Assembly (NCBI GenBank): GCA_007119965.1
Contig: SKOR01000044.1
Location: 8,270 to 72,269 of the forward strand
Direction: 5' to 3'
From: Syntrophomonadaceae bacterium
GTDB lineage: Bacteria; Bacillota; Dethiobacteria; DTU022
Length of the DNA stretch: 64,000 nt
The translations under genes were made by a program, and so were the position numbers. Positions 39,818 to 49,671 of the stretch are shown in pieces. Under the pieces are notes generated by a model. That model saw nothing but the letters and a program-made list of their open reading frames with translations, was not told the DNA's origin and searched no databases. The stretch's first letter is position 1; each line of letters begins with the position of its first letter.

Positions 39818-40972
39818 ATGGTAAACCCGTTTACCCTACCCGGCGTCAACTATTACGGCCGTGGAGCCCTGGGCAGCCTGGGGCCGGAATTAAAAAACTA
39901 TAAAGCAAAAAAGGTGTTTCTTATCTCTGACCAGGGGGTCGCTTCGGCCGGACTTGTTGACAGGGTTGCCGGTGAGATTGAAGAAGCAGGAGCGGGGGTT
40001 GTCAGGTACCTCGATGTCACTCCTGAGCCAACCGTTGAAGAACTGGAGCAATGCCTGGAAAAGTTCAGGGATCATGACTGTAACCTGATTATCGGCCTGG
40101 GAGGCGGCAGCCCCCTGGATGTGGCCAAGGGCGTATCGGTTTTGGCAACTAACGGCGGCAGCATTCTCGATTATGTCGGCCTCAACCTGATTCCCGGGAA
40201 AGGTGTCCCCAAGTTCCTGATTCCGACAACAGCCGGCACGGGAGCGGAGGTAACTAAAAACGCCATCTTTACCGATACAAAAGAACATTTAAAAAAAGGT
40301 GTGGTCAGTATACATCTGCTGCCCGAAGTGGCGATTGTCGATTCCGGGTTAACCTACTCTGTGCCGCCCGGCGTAACTGCAGCCACGGGAATGGATGCCC
40401 TGACCCACGCTATTGAGTCATACACCTCGCCCAGGGCTAATATCCAGACTGATCTCTACGCCCTGAAAGCGATTGAATTAATTGGGGCCAGCCTCAGGCG
40501 GGCTGTCTCCTTTGGCAGGGATGAAAAATCTCGGGAAGATATGGCTCTCGGTTCAGTTTTTGCCGGCATCTCCCTGGCTAACGCAGGAGTTGGCGCCGTT
40601 CATGCCTGTGCCTACCCTATCGGCGGGCAGTTTGGCACCGGGCACGGGGAAACCAATGCCCTGTTGCTGCCTTACATCATGGAGTACAACATGATTGGCG
40701 ACCTCCAGAAGTTCGCTAATATTGCCCGCGCCATGGGTGAGGTTACCGGGAAGCTGTCCCTGCGGGAGCAGGCTGAGTTGGCCTGCAAATCTGTTTTTGA
40801 GCTGTCCCGTGATATCGGCATACCACAGAAACTGAGTGAATTCGGGATCAGGAAAGAGGATATTCCCGGGTTGGCTGAAGCAGCGGTTAAAGTAACCCGT
40901 TTGATGGATAACAATCCCAAAAAGCTGACCCTGGAAGAAGTGGAGGCCTGCCTCTTTAAAGCGCTGGATTAA
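39818..40972 (+). CDS. iron-containing alcohol dehydrogenase
   Basis: GGGSPLD, PTTAGTG.E, DALTHAIE, HAC and GHG metal ligands; AAGGAG RBS. Confidence 0.93.
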   Translation: MVNPFTLPGVNYYGRGALGSLGPELKNYKAKKVFLISDQGVASAGLVDRVAGEIEEAGAGVVRYLDVTPEPTVEELEQCLEKFRDHDCNLIIGLGGGSPLDVAKGVSVLATNGGSILDYVGLNLIPGKGVPKFLIPTTAGTGAEVTKNAIFTDTKEHLKKGVVSIHLLPEVAIVDSGLTYSVPPGVTAATGMDALTHAIESYTSPRANIQTDLYALKAIELIGASLRRAVSFGRDEKSREDMALGSVFAGISLANAGVGAVHACAYPIGGQFGTGHGETNALLLPYIMEYNMIGDLQKFANIARAMGEVTGKLSLREQAELACKSVFELSRDIGIPQKLSEFGIRKEDIPGLAEAAVKVTRLMDNNPKKLTLEEVEACLFKALD

Positions 40973-40995
40973 TGATGTGTGAGGTGTAAAACATT

Positions 40996-41760
40996 ATGGG
41001 AAAACTATCTGTTGACCTGAAAGGCAAAACTGCCATAGTGACCGGGGCCGGTAAAGGGATCGGCAAAGCAATAGCCCTTTCCCTGGCTGAGTCCGGGGCC
41101 GGGATTGTTGCTGTCAGCCGGACTATGAAAGACCTGGAAACGCTTAAGGCAGAAATAATGAAAGGAGGTGGAGAATGTTCCATTATAAGCTGTGATGTGC
41201 AAAATGTTAGCCAGATCGAGCAAATGGCAGAGCAGGCCGCTGACGAAGCGGGGCAAATTGATATCCTGGTTAACTCTGCCGGGTTAAATATCCAGGCCCA
41301 TACCCTTGATGTAACCGAGGAGCAGTGGGATACGATTATGAACACCAACCTGAAAGGCGCATTTTTTGCATCACAGGCTGTGGCAAAAAAGATGAAGCAG
41401 CATCAAGAAGGCCGGATTATAAACATTACTTCGCAGATGGCCCTGGTGGGTTTCTACAAGAGAGTGGCTTACTGCGCCAGTAAGGGCGGGTTGACCCAGG
41501 CCACCAAGGCCATGGCAGTAGAACTGGCAGAGTATAATATCAAGGTTAACTGTGTGGCTCCGACATTCCTGAAAACCCCCCTGACTGAACCGATGTTCGA
41601 AGATCAGGAGTTTTACAACGAGGTGATCAGCAGGATTCCCCTGGGTAAAATTGGCACCCCGGATGACGTTGTCGGCGCAGTATTATACCTGGCCTCAGAT
41701 TCGGCCGAACTGGTTACCGGAAGCACCGTGCTTGTTGATGGTGGCTGGGTAGCCTGGTAA
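40996..41760 (+). CDS. short-chain dehydrogenase/reductase (FabG/KduD-like)
   Basis: TGAGKGIG, NSAG, YCASK, VDGG. Confidence 0.92.
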   Translation: MGKLSVDLKGKTAIVTGAGKGIGKAIALSLAESGAGIVAVSRTMKDLETLKAEIMKGGGECSIISCDVQNVSQIEQMAEQAADEAGQIDILVNSAGLNIQAHTLDVTEEQWDTIMNTNLKGAFFASQAVAKKMKQHQEGRIINITSQMALVGFYKRVAYCASKGGLTQATKAMAVELAEYNIKVNCVAPTFLKTPLTEPMFEDQEFYNEVISRIPLGKIGTPDDVVGAVLYLASDSAELVTGSTVLVDGGWVAW

Positions 41761-41804
41761 TTCTACCTTAGTAAAGTGATGTTAATAAGATTGGAGGATG
41801 TTAT

Positions 41805-43169
41805 ATGACCGTTCTGAATACTGTAGGAAACAAACTTTCCGATGTTTCGGAAAAGGTAATGCCAAGCCCCTTAATTTTTGCTCTTTTGCTTACATTCGTT
41901 TCATTTGTCCTCGGCATTACCCTGGCCGGGAACACACCGCTTCAAATGATCGACCACTGGTACGCCGGGTTTTGGGATCTGTTAGCTTTCGCTATGCAGA
42001 TGGTTCTCATCCTGGTTACCGGCCACGCCCTGACCCGGGCGCCCCAGGTCAGCAACTTGATCAAGAAACTGGCCGGCATCCCCAATAATAACCCCCAGGC
42101 TGCCGCATTAACTGCCCTGTTGGCCTGCCTGGTCGGTTACTTCCACTGGGGTTTCGGCTTGATCGTCGGCGCCCTTTTCGCAGTAGAGGTGGCGAAGCAG
42201 GCTCACCACAGGGGAATTAAACTGCACTATCCGCTTATTGCCGCTGCAGGTTATACCAGCCAGCTGGTCTGGCACGTTGGCCCCTCGAGCTCTGCTGCCC
42301 TTCTTTCGGCAACACCGGGCCATATATATGAAGATCTGATTGGCGTGGTTCCCCTTGCCGAATCAGTATTTTCTATTTACTCTATCCTGCTGGCAATCAT
42401 GCTTTGCCTTGTAGTTATTCCGGTAGCCTTTTACTTTATGGCACCGAAAACAGGTGAAGGCGCAAAGACAATCGCCGATATGTCACCGAAATTGCTGGAA
42501 GAGGACGAACATGGTATCGAAAATGATGTCATCGAAAAACCAACCTTCGGCGATCGACTGGATAACAGCAAGCTTATTGCCATCATAACTGCCATTATGG
42601 GAGCTGTGGCCATTGTACTCTATTTTTACGCCAGGGGTTTCACCCTCGACCTGAATATCTTTAACTTTATCTTTATCGTTCTCGGCTTTATACTGCACGG
42701 CACCCCTGAACGCTACGCTAAAGCAATCACCGAGGCTGTCAAGGGCGCTGCGGGCATCATTTTGCAGTTCCCCTTCTACGCCGGAATCATGGGTATGATT
42801 CAATACTCGGGGCTGGCCTTAATCGCTGCAAACTGGTTCCTCGGATTCGCTACTGCTGCTAACTTCCCGATTATTGCCTGGTTAACAGCAGGTGTGATGA
42901 ATATATTCGTACCTTCCGGTGGCGGGGAATGGGCTGTTATCGGCGGAATCATGAGTGAGGTATCATTGGCTCTTGGCGTACCGATCGGCAAAACTATTGT
43001 CGCCTACGGCTGTGGTGATATGTGGACGAATATGCTTCAGCCGTTTTGGGCTATCGCCCTGCTCGGTATTACCCAGCTTCGGGCCAGGGATATCATTGGT
43101 TACACCCTGACGATCATGTTAATTACCGGGCCATTTATTGCTCTTGGCCTCTATTTCTTCCCCTACTGA
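41805..43169 (+). CDS. atoE: short-chain fatty acid transporter (AtoE family)
   Basis: MPSP.IFA, FWDLL.F.MQM, HYPL, ILQFPFYAGIMG, FVPSGGG.W, WTNMLQPFW. Confidence 0.88.
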   Translation: MTVLNTVGNKLSDVSEKVMPSPLIFALLLTFVSFVLGITLAGNTPLQMIDHWYAGFWDLLAFAMQMVLILVTGHALTRAPQVSNLIKKLAGIPNNNPQAAALTALLACLVGYFHWGFGLIVGALFAVEVAKQAHHRGIKLHYPLIAAAGYTSQLVWHVGPSSSAALLSATPGHIYEDLIGVVPLAESVFSIYSILLAIMLCLVVIPVAFYFMAPKTGEGAKTIADMSPKLLEEDEHGIENDVIEKPTFGDRLDNSKLIAIITAIMGAVAIVLYFYARGFTLDLNIFNFIFIVLGFILHGTPERYAKAITEAVKGAAGIILQFPFYAGIMGMIQYSGLALIAANWFLGFATAANFPIIAWLTAGVMNIFVPSGGGEWAVIGGIMSEVSLALGVPIGKTIVAYGCGDMWTNMLQPFWAIALLGITQLRARDIIGYTLTIMLITGPFIALGLYFFPY

Positions 43170-43202
43170 TCGCTCTGAGGCGATTCCAGTGAATCTATCA
43201 TC

Positions 43203-43241
43203 AGGCGCTGCTACCGGTGTTACACCGGTGGCAGCGCCTTT
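43203..43241 (+). terminator. intrinsic terminator
   Basis: AGGCGCTGCTACCGGTG-TTA-CACCGGTGGCAGCGCCT-TT. Confidence 0.8.
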
Positions 43242-43391
43242 CCCGCAGGCCTGCGCATCAACCCGGGCAAAACGGGTTGTCCTGGATGATTGCGGTATGG
43301 AGCAGTTCATGAAGGAACTGTTTTTCGCGTTATGGGGAACCATGAAATGGCAGTGTGGGATTTATCCACGTGAGTATAAAAATAGCAGGCA

Positions 43392-43446
43392 TTGACACGG
43401 TATTTTGGGTAAAGTATACTTAAACTATAGCAATTGTATATAATTT
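43392..43446 (+). promoter_or_regulatory. sigma-A promoter with downstream Rrf2(CymR/IscR)-like site
   Basis: TTGACA-N17-TATACT, then imperfect palindrome AAACTATAGCAATTGTATATAATTT. Confidence 0.55.
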
Positions 43447-43560
43447 TCATTGATGCCGAAGAGGGGCTAGAAATTTTAAGATGCATAGCCCAGGCTGAAA
43501 TTGTTTCAGGTTAGGATAAACGGACCAGAATTATTGAGGGTTTATTGGGAGGTTATATTG

Positions 43561-44715
43561 ATGAGAGAGATTTACCTGGACAATGCTGCTACAACAGCGG
43601 TTCTTCCGGAGGTTGCTGATGCAATGCGCCCGTATTTAACTGAAATTTATGGGAACCCTTCCAGCCTGTATTCTATCGGGCAGAAGGGGAAGCGCGCGTT
43701 GGAAGGGTCGCGCAATGAGGTTGCCTCCGCCATAGAAGCCGAACCTGAAGGAATTATTTTTACAAGTGGCGGCACAGAAAGCGATAACCTGGCCATAAAA
43801 GGTTTTGCTTATGCAAACAGCGACCGGGGCCGGCACCTGGTTACCTCACCCATTGAGCACCATGCTGTCCTAAATGTTTTTCATGAACTCGAAAAACAGG
43901 GGTTTGAGGTGTCCTACCTTCCCGTTGACCGGTATGGAATGGTTGATCCTGAAGCAGTAAAAAAAATAATCCGTCCCGACACCATCCTGATCAGCATCAT
44001 GCTGGCTAACAATGAAATCGGCACGATCGAGCCCCTGAAAGAAATCACCGCCCTGGCTCATGAGCGGGGGATAGCAGTTCATACCGATGCAGTCCAGGCT
44101 GTAGGCAAAATCCCGGTCAGCGTTAAAGAACTGGGAGTAGATATGCTCTCTCTGACTGCTCATAAAATTTACGGCCCCAAGGGTACCGGGGCTCTTTACA
44201 AGCGCGAAGGCATCAAGCTTGCCCCACTTTTTGAAGGTGGACACCAGGAAAAGATTTTACGTCCCGGCACTGAAAATATTCCCGGGGTGGTCGGCCTGGC
44301 CACCGCCCTGCGCCTCGCTACCGGTAACCTTGATACTGAAGCTGCCAAAATATCGGCTCTGCGCGACAGGCTTGAAAGCGGTATTCTATCACGCATTGAT
44401 AATGTAACTTTAAACGGCCATTCTCAACAAAGGGTGTCGAATATAAGCAGCCTGAATTTTGCTTTCCTGGAAGGGGAAGCCCTGCTCCTGGCCCTCGATA
44501 CAAGAGGAATTGCCGTATCGACAGCTTCAGCCTGCAGCGCTGATTCTGATGAACCTTCTCATGTCCTTACCGCAATTGGCCTTGACCCTGTCACAGCCAG
44601 GGGGACACTTCGCTTTTCACTTGGCATAAATAACACTTCAGAAGAGATTGACTATGTTATCGATGCTGTAGCCGATGCGGCAGAGCAGCTTCGCCAACTC
44701 TCACCGATGCGTTAA
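43561..44715 (+). CDS. iscS: cysteine desulfurase (NifS/IscS type)
   Basis: IYLDNAATT, FTSGGTE.DN, EHH, HTDAVQ, AHKIYGPKG, SAC catalytic Cys, LRFS. Confidence 0.93.
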   Translation: MREIYLDNAATTAVLPEVADAMRPYLTEIYGNPSSLYSIGQKGKRALEGSRNEVASAIEAEPEGIIFTSGGTESDNLAIKGFAYANSDRGRHLVTSPIEHHAVLNVFHELEKQGFEVSYLPVDRYGMVDPEAVKKIIRPDTILISIMLANNEIGTIEPLKEITALAHERGIAVHTDAVQAVGKIPVSVKELGVDMLSLTAHKIYGPKGTGALYKREGIKLAPLFEGGHQEKILRPGTENIPGVVGLATALRLATGNLDTEAAKISALRDRLESGILSRIDNVTLNGHSQQRVSNISSLNFAFLEGEALLLALDTRGIAVSTASACSADSDEPSHVLTAIGLDPVTARGTLRFSLGINNTSEEIDYVIDAVADAAEQLRQLSPMR

Positions 44716-44803
44716 CCGGTTGGCCCTTGCTTAAGAAAAAGAGAAGGCCGGTAATATCACGGCAGCCCCGGATGATATAATTTATTACTGGAGAAGATGA
44801 ACT

Positions 44804-45298
44804 ATGGTCAAAATTCAGCCTTATGAAGAGAGTGATTGGAAGGCCATCTGGCGGATTATCGAGCCCGTGTTCCGGCCTGGTGAGAGCTATTCCTTTTCGC
44901 CGGAGATAAGTGAAGAAGAGGCCCACAGGGTTTGGGTGGAAATGCCTGAGACAACATATGTTGCCCTGGATCATAACAGCTTTATCCTTGGCACATACTA
45001 GATCAAACCAAACCAACCGGCCCTGGGCGCCCATGTCTGCAACTGCGGTTATATCGTTGCAGAAGCTTCCCGTGGCAAAGGGATTGCTTCAGAAATTTGT
45101 GAGCACTCGCAGTCTGAAGCTGTATCAAAAGGATTCCGGGCAATGCAGTACAACCTTGTTGCAGCAGCCAACCAGGGTGCCGTCCGCCTCTGGCAGCGGC
45201 ACGGATTTTACATAATAGGATCACTCCCCGCAGCATTCCGTCATTCAAAACTTGGCTTTGCAGATGCCTTTGTGATGTATAAACTGCTGGTGGACTAA
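44804..45298 (+). CDS. GNAT N-acetyltransferase with in-frame TAG at codon 66 (readthrough candidate or pseudogene)
   Basis: ...ILGTY-TAG(44999-45001)-IKPNQPALGAHVCNCGYIV...RGKGIA...FRAMQYNLV..AN.GAVRLW...FRH..LG..DA.VMYK-TAA; 164 codons in one frame. Confidence 0.85.
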
Positions 45299-45347
45299 GT
45301 CGAATTTCAGCCAACTCCAGCCCTGTGAATAATCAGACGCTATCCGA

Positions 45348-45385
45348 ATGAAGCCCTCCCGGTTAATTGAGCGAGAGGGCTTCAT
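45348..45385. terminator. hairpin between convergent genes
   Basis: ATGAAGCCCTC ... GAGGGCTTCAT. Confidence 0.6.
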
Positions 45386-45655
45386 GTTGGGAATATCCCA
45401 GGCTGGTTGTAAGAGCAGGGGACGGGGCCCTCTTTGATTTGGGTTAACCCTGTCGGCGTGCCCGGTATTCCCATGCTTATGTTGACAGCCTGCTGACGGT
45501 TCAGTTTTTTTCGGTCGAATTTCCGGCAAATAAACGGGCTTAAGCATTTAGGGTTAAATAAAGCGATGCAGTTAGATCAGTCAGGCCCTTCTTCATAGTG
45601 TTTCCCTCAGACACAGGTTGAAAGCCGGGGCAGTTTGCTTTATCTTTAACCTCTC

Positions 45656-47314
45656 TCAGGCTTGTTTTTCGCTCTGCATAGTCTGATAGATGTAGTAGCC
45701 GCCGTTTAGGTTGCGTACTTTATTAAAGCCATTATGGATAAGAATTCGTGAAGCCAGGTATGAGCGCAGGCCGGCACTGCAGTAAGTAATTGTTTCCTTT
45801 TTTGGATCAAGTACTTTCAACTGGCTGCGCAGCTGGCCCAGGGGAATATTAATGCTGCCCGGAATTATTCCCTGCTTGAGTTCTTCCGTTTCACGGACAT
45901 CAACGATCTGGAGGCGGCTCATGTCTGTTTCGGTTAATTCCTCTGTTTCAATAGTTTCATAACCAGACTTTAACATGTTGCCTGCGACAAAACCGGCCAT
46001 GTTGACCGGATCCTTTGCCGATGAGTATGGCGGGGCGTAGGCCAGTTCCAGTTCCTGCAGATCATTAACACTGCCCCCGAGACGCAGGGCGGTTGCGAGC
46101 ACATCGATCCGCTTTTCTACGCCGCTGAATCCCAGGGCCTGGGCGCCCAATACTTTTCCTTCGGGGTTAAACAGCAGTTTCAGGGAAAGGGGAGACGCCT
46201 CCGGGTAATAGCCGGCATGATCATTAGGGTGAATAATTATGCTGTGGTATTGAATTTCGGCCTCTTTCAGAATTCGCTCATTGGCGCCTGTTGTGGCCAC
46301 GGTCATATCAAATATTTTCAGTACAGATGTGCCCTGGGTGCCATTGTAGTGTTCAGAATTTCCGACAATGTTATTGGCGACTATCCGCCCCTGCTTGTTG
46401 GCAGGGCCGGCCAGGGGAATTACCGCCGGCTTGCCGGTAACCAGGTGTTTTACTTCAACTGCATCGCCTAAGGCATAAATTGAAGGGTCATTAGTCTGCA
46501 TTCGATCATTGACCTTAATACCCCGCTCAACTTCCAATCCCGCTTCCCTGGCCAATTTTGCCTCCGGCTTGACGCCAATCGAAAGGATTACCAGGTCGGT
46601 TTCCAGCAGTTCACCGCTGTTCAATTCAACATTCAGGCCGCCATTTTCAACTTGATGAAATTGCTTAACCCCATTGCCCAGCCGGAGATTTACATTATGG
46701 GTGCGCAGGTAATGTTGAACCAACAGGGCCATATCGGGGTCAATTGGCGGCAGGACCTGGTGGGCAAGCTCAACAATTGTAACATCCAGGCCTCGTTGGT
46801 GCAGACTTTCGGCCATTTCCAGGCCAATATAGCCGGCTCCCACTACTACAGCTTTTTGCGGGTCTTCCCCAGCAAGGTGACTGAAGATCCGATCAGTGTC
46901 GTTAACGCTTCTCAGGCTGAAAATGCCCTCGCTGTCGATTCCCGGCAGCGGCGGCCGCAGCGGTTCGGCTCCCGGTGACAGGACTAAGTAATCATAACTT
47001 TCGCGATATTTCCGGCCACTGCCCAGTTCAATAATTTCTATTTCTTTATTCTCCCGGTCAATTCCGACGGCTTCATTTAAGGTCCGGACATCAACATTCA
47101 TCCATGCTTTAAATTTTTGGGGCGTCATAACGAAAAGGTCGTCCCTTGCTTCGATTGTTCCCCCAATGTAGTAAGGAAGACCGCAGTTGGCATAGGAAAC
47201 ATACTCGCCACGCTCCAATAGTATTATCTCAGCCTCTTCGCTCATACGACGCAAACGTGCAGCGGTAGAAGCCCCGCCGGCTACCCCGCCAACAATAACA
47301 ACTTTCAGTGACAT
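45656..47314 (-). CDS. CoA-disulfide reductase with C-terminal rhodanese domain
   Basis: GGVAGG, SYANCG, GAGYIG.E, YAPP, rhodanese YCSAGLRS. Confidence 0.92.
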   Translation of the reverse strand: MSLKVVIVGGVAGGASTAARLRRMSEEAEIILLERGEYVSYANCGLPYYIGGTIEARDDLFVMTPQKFKAWMNVDVRTLNEAVGIDRENKEIEIIELGSGRKYRESYDYLVLSPGAEPLRPPLPGIDSEGIFSLRSVNDTDRIFSHLAGEDPQKAVVVGAGYIGLEMAESLHQRGLDVTIVELAHQVLPPIDPDMALLVQHYLRTHNVNLRLGNGVKQFHQVENGGLNVELNSGELLETDLVILSIGVKPEAKLAREAGLEVERGIKVNDRMQTNDPSIYALGDAVEVKHLVTGKPAVIPLAGPANKQGRIVANNIVGNSEHYNGTQGTSVLKIFDMTVATTGANERILKEAEIQYHSIIIHPNDHAGYYPEASPLSLKLLFNPEGKVLGAQALGFSGVEKRIDVLATALRLGGSVNDLQELELAYAPPYSSAKDPVNMAGFVAGNMLKSGYETIETEELTETDMSRLQIVDVRETEELKQGIIPGSINIPLGQLRSQLKVLDPKKETITYCSAGLRSYLASRILIHNGFNKVRNLNGGYYIYQTMQSEKQA

Positions 47315-47588
47315 AGAAAGCAACCCCTTTTTAAACTGATTACCTCAAATTATAACATAATATTAAGATTATGCAATGTGTCGCCGTGGGGAGAATACCA
47401 GTAAAAGGGGGCGGGAGTCACGCACTAATAATATTTGTAACTGCTCACGCCTCCAAAGGAACCCGGACCTTCGGTCAGCAGCAGGCGAAGCACTTTCTTA
47501 CCTCTCCGTTGCAGGTAAGGGTATCGGCAGCGATAATGCTTTTCCCCTGACTGCTGTTGCAGAAATAGAGACTGGCTGCTATACCAGG

Positions 47589-48122
47589 TTATACTGCAGT
47601 AACCGGCATGGCCTGCATCGAGTATTTTACACTGTCGTTCTCAACCGATCTGATGCCTATCTCTTTGAAGCCTTGCCTGGCATGGAAATCAAGAGATCGC
47701 TTGTTGGGCGGTTCAATCATGATCTCGCAGGTGATTACCGGGATGTTTTCTTTGCGGGCATAGTCAACAATATCCCTGTATAAGAGCGTGCCGATTTTGA
47801 GCCCCTGGTAAGGCCTGTCGACAACTATCCTGTCGATGTATAAAAACCTCTCGTAACGTTCTGAAAACCAGCGGTAGTTATCATTTACGTAAGGGACATG
47901 ATCTTTCATGGCGAGGATAAAAGCAGCGACATGCCCATTGACTTCAGCCACCCTGTGGTAATCTGACAGAGAATCGAGGTGGCGGGCTCTGTCTATGTCC
48001 ATAGCGCTGGTGTACTGAATTTCACAGGCATTCAGATAAATAATCCTGTTGTAGTCCGAATCTGCAGCATCCCGGATAAGAGTCTTGGGCAAATCCGGGC
48101 CCTGGTTGCTTAAGTTTTTCAA
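47589..48122 (-). CDS. GNAT-family acetyltransferase
   Basis: NY.WF..RY..FLYIDRIVV...QG..IG, CE...PPN..S..FH...GF. Confidence 0.88.
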   Translation of the reverse strand: MKNLSNQGPDLPKTLIRDAADSDYNRIIYLNACEIQYTSAMDIDRARHLDSLSDYHRVAEVNGHVAAFILAMKDHVPYVNDNYRWFSERYERFLYIDRIVVDRPYQGLKIGTLLYRDIVDYARKENIPVITCEIMIEPPNKRSLDFHARQGFKEIGIRSVENDSVKYSMQAMPVTAV

Positions 48123-48256
48123 AAGAATAGTCCCTCCTTTTTATAGCCATTATATATTTATATGTGACAAAGGTAAAATGCTTTAACAGCTGTTCTGCTG
48201 CACAGCAGTTGACTGAGCGCCAGTCTGAATGGCGTCTTGAAAAGCGATTACACCTA

Positions 48257-48286
48257 TTGACACGATACCCCCCGTGGGTTTATAAT
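48257..48286 (+). promoter_or_regulatory. csoR promoter with CsoR operator
   Basis: TTGACA-N18-TATAAT enclosing ATACCCCCCGTGGGTTT. Confidence 0.75.
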
Positions 48287-48399
48287 TCATTTCAAGCGCA
48301 TATCCATAACTCTATTAGTCAGGCTTTTTGAGCCTGCGGCGCTCGCAATTAAGCGCAGTTTCCCAAACTATTGAAGAACCTGATTGAGGAGTCCATTAA

Positions 48400-48735
48400 A
48401 TGACTGAAAAAGGCTTGGCCAATGGGAATGAAGAAAACGATGAAACCTGTCACCACGCAGGTCACGGCAGTTACCAGGGAAATAAAAAAAAGATCCTTGA
48501 CGGCTTGAGCCGGACAGAAGGCCAGGTCAGGGGTATAAAGCGCATGGTTGAGGAAGAAAGGTATTGTGTCGATGTGCTGAACCAGATCGCTGCATCCAGG
48601 ATGGCGCTGGCCCGCCTGGCCATGTTAATTCTGGAAGATCACACCAAGGGTTGTGTCAGTACGGCTATCCTCGAAAAAGAGAGTGGAGAAAGTACCATAG
48701 AAGAACTGATGGAAGTGATTAAGAGGCTTATGTAA
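48400..48735 (+). CDS. csoR: CsoR-family copper-sensing repressor
   Basis: R.EGQVRGI.RMVEEERYC.DVL.Q, HTKGC (C-H-C ligands). Confidence 0.92.
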   Translation: MTEKGLANGNEENDETCHHAGHGSYQGNKKKILDGLSRTEGQVRGIKRMVEEERYCVDVLNQIAASRMALARLAMLILEDHTKGCVSTAILEKESGESTIEELMEVIKRLM

Positions 48736-48799
48736 GCTTTACAGTTTGAAGCGGCCGGATGCCGGCTTGTAATTTATTTGGCAGCAATTTAAGTTTTAC

Positions 48800-48851
48800 A
48801 TAGAATTAGAAATGCTGAGGCAGTTTTATGCCTCAGCATTTCTAATTCTAT
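48800..48851. terminator. perfect 23-bp inverted repeat between convergent genes
   Basis: ATAGAATTAGAAATGCTGAGGCA-GTTTTA-TGCCTCAGCATTTCTAATTCTAT. Confidence 0.75.
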
Positions 48852-48951
48852 TATCCCTTCAGCACTACAAACAGATTTCAACAAATTACTCATTGCATAA
48901 TATTCCTGCGAAAAAGCTGCAGCCTGAATCTATACTGAATGTTTCAGCAGA

Positions 48952-49176
48952 CTAGTGGCAGCTCGGCTTTTGTCCTTTAAATTCTTCAGCATTGGATTCA
49001 GCCATACGGTAGAGAAAACGCTGCCACCAGTTTTTGCCAATATATTTTTCAGGATCGCCTTGAAATTGTTCCCGGCAACCCTGACAGCAAAATTCATATG
49101 TTATTCCATTATAAGAGTAAGTTGCATTAACCTTTTCTTCTGATAAAGTATTCTTGCATACAGGATCATAATACAT
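48952..49176 (-). CDS. YHS-domain protein
   Basis: DPVC...Y.FCCQGC...F..DPEKY; AGGAG RBS; downstream of copZ. Confidence 0.88.
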   Translation of the reverse strand: MYYDPVCKNTLSEEKVNATYSYNGITYEFCCQGCREQFQGDPEKYIGKNWWQRFLYRMAESNAEEFKGQKPSCH

Positions 49177-49232
49177 GGTTAGCTCTCCTTACTGACAAGC
49201 GATTCACTGCGGCCCGCTATGCGGGATCATCC

Positions 49233-49472
49233 CTAATGTTCAGACCTGGTTCCCTCATAACCGGCATCATTGACTGCCTGGATCAGGTTCTCTACATTAG
49301 TAATAGCAGTGTCGTATTCAAGGTAAGCCCGTTCATTGTTTAGATCAACCTGGACAGAAGTAACTCCCCGGGCCTCCTGCAGCGCCTTTTCGACGTGCTG
49401 GACACAGTGGTTACAACTCATTCCGGATATATTGATCACCGTCTTTTCCAGGTTACTTGATTGACCATTCAT
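49233..49472 (-). CDS. copZ: copper chaperone
   Basis: GMSCNHC HMA motif, AGY. Confidence 0.92.
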   Translation of the reverse strand: MNGQSSNLEKTVINISGMSCNHCVQHVEKALQEARGVTSVQVDLNNERAYLEYDTAITNVENLIQAVNDAGYEGTRSEH

Positions 49473-49500
49473 TATTATCTGCCTCCTCTGTCAAGCCATG

Positions 49501-49523
49501 AATATACCCCTATTGGGTATATT
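49501..49523 (-). promoter_or_regulatory. CsoR operator at copZ promoter
   Basis: AATATACCC-CTATT-GGGTATATT; minus-strand TTGCCT-N17-TATAAT adjacent. Confidence 0.85.
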
Positions 49524-49671
49524 ATAACAGTAATTTTGCAACTAGGCAACCCGGGCTGGTTAATTCATAACCGGTTGCGGTCATCAGCGGCAGCAGTCCG
49601 GAAAAGTTCAGGGCGAACCTGCAGGCTGCACGTCCCGTGGTCAGCGCGCAGATGCGGGGCCCTGATTTGTT

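Noticed and set aside
47376-47585. Structured RNA (SRP- or SAM-like) between CoADR and GNAT
   Set aside because: Small hairpins are present, but the SRP GTCAGGTCCGGAAGGAAGCAGC and SAM-I core motifs are absent
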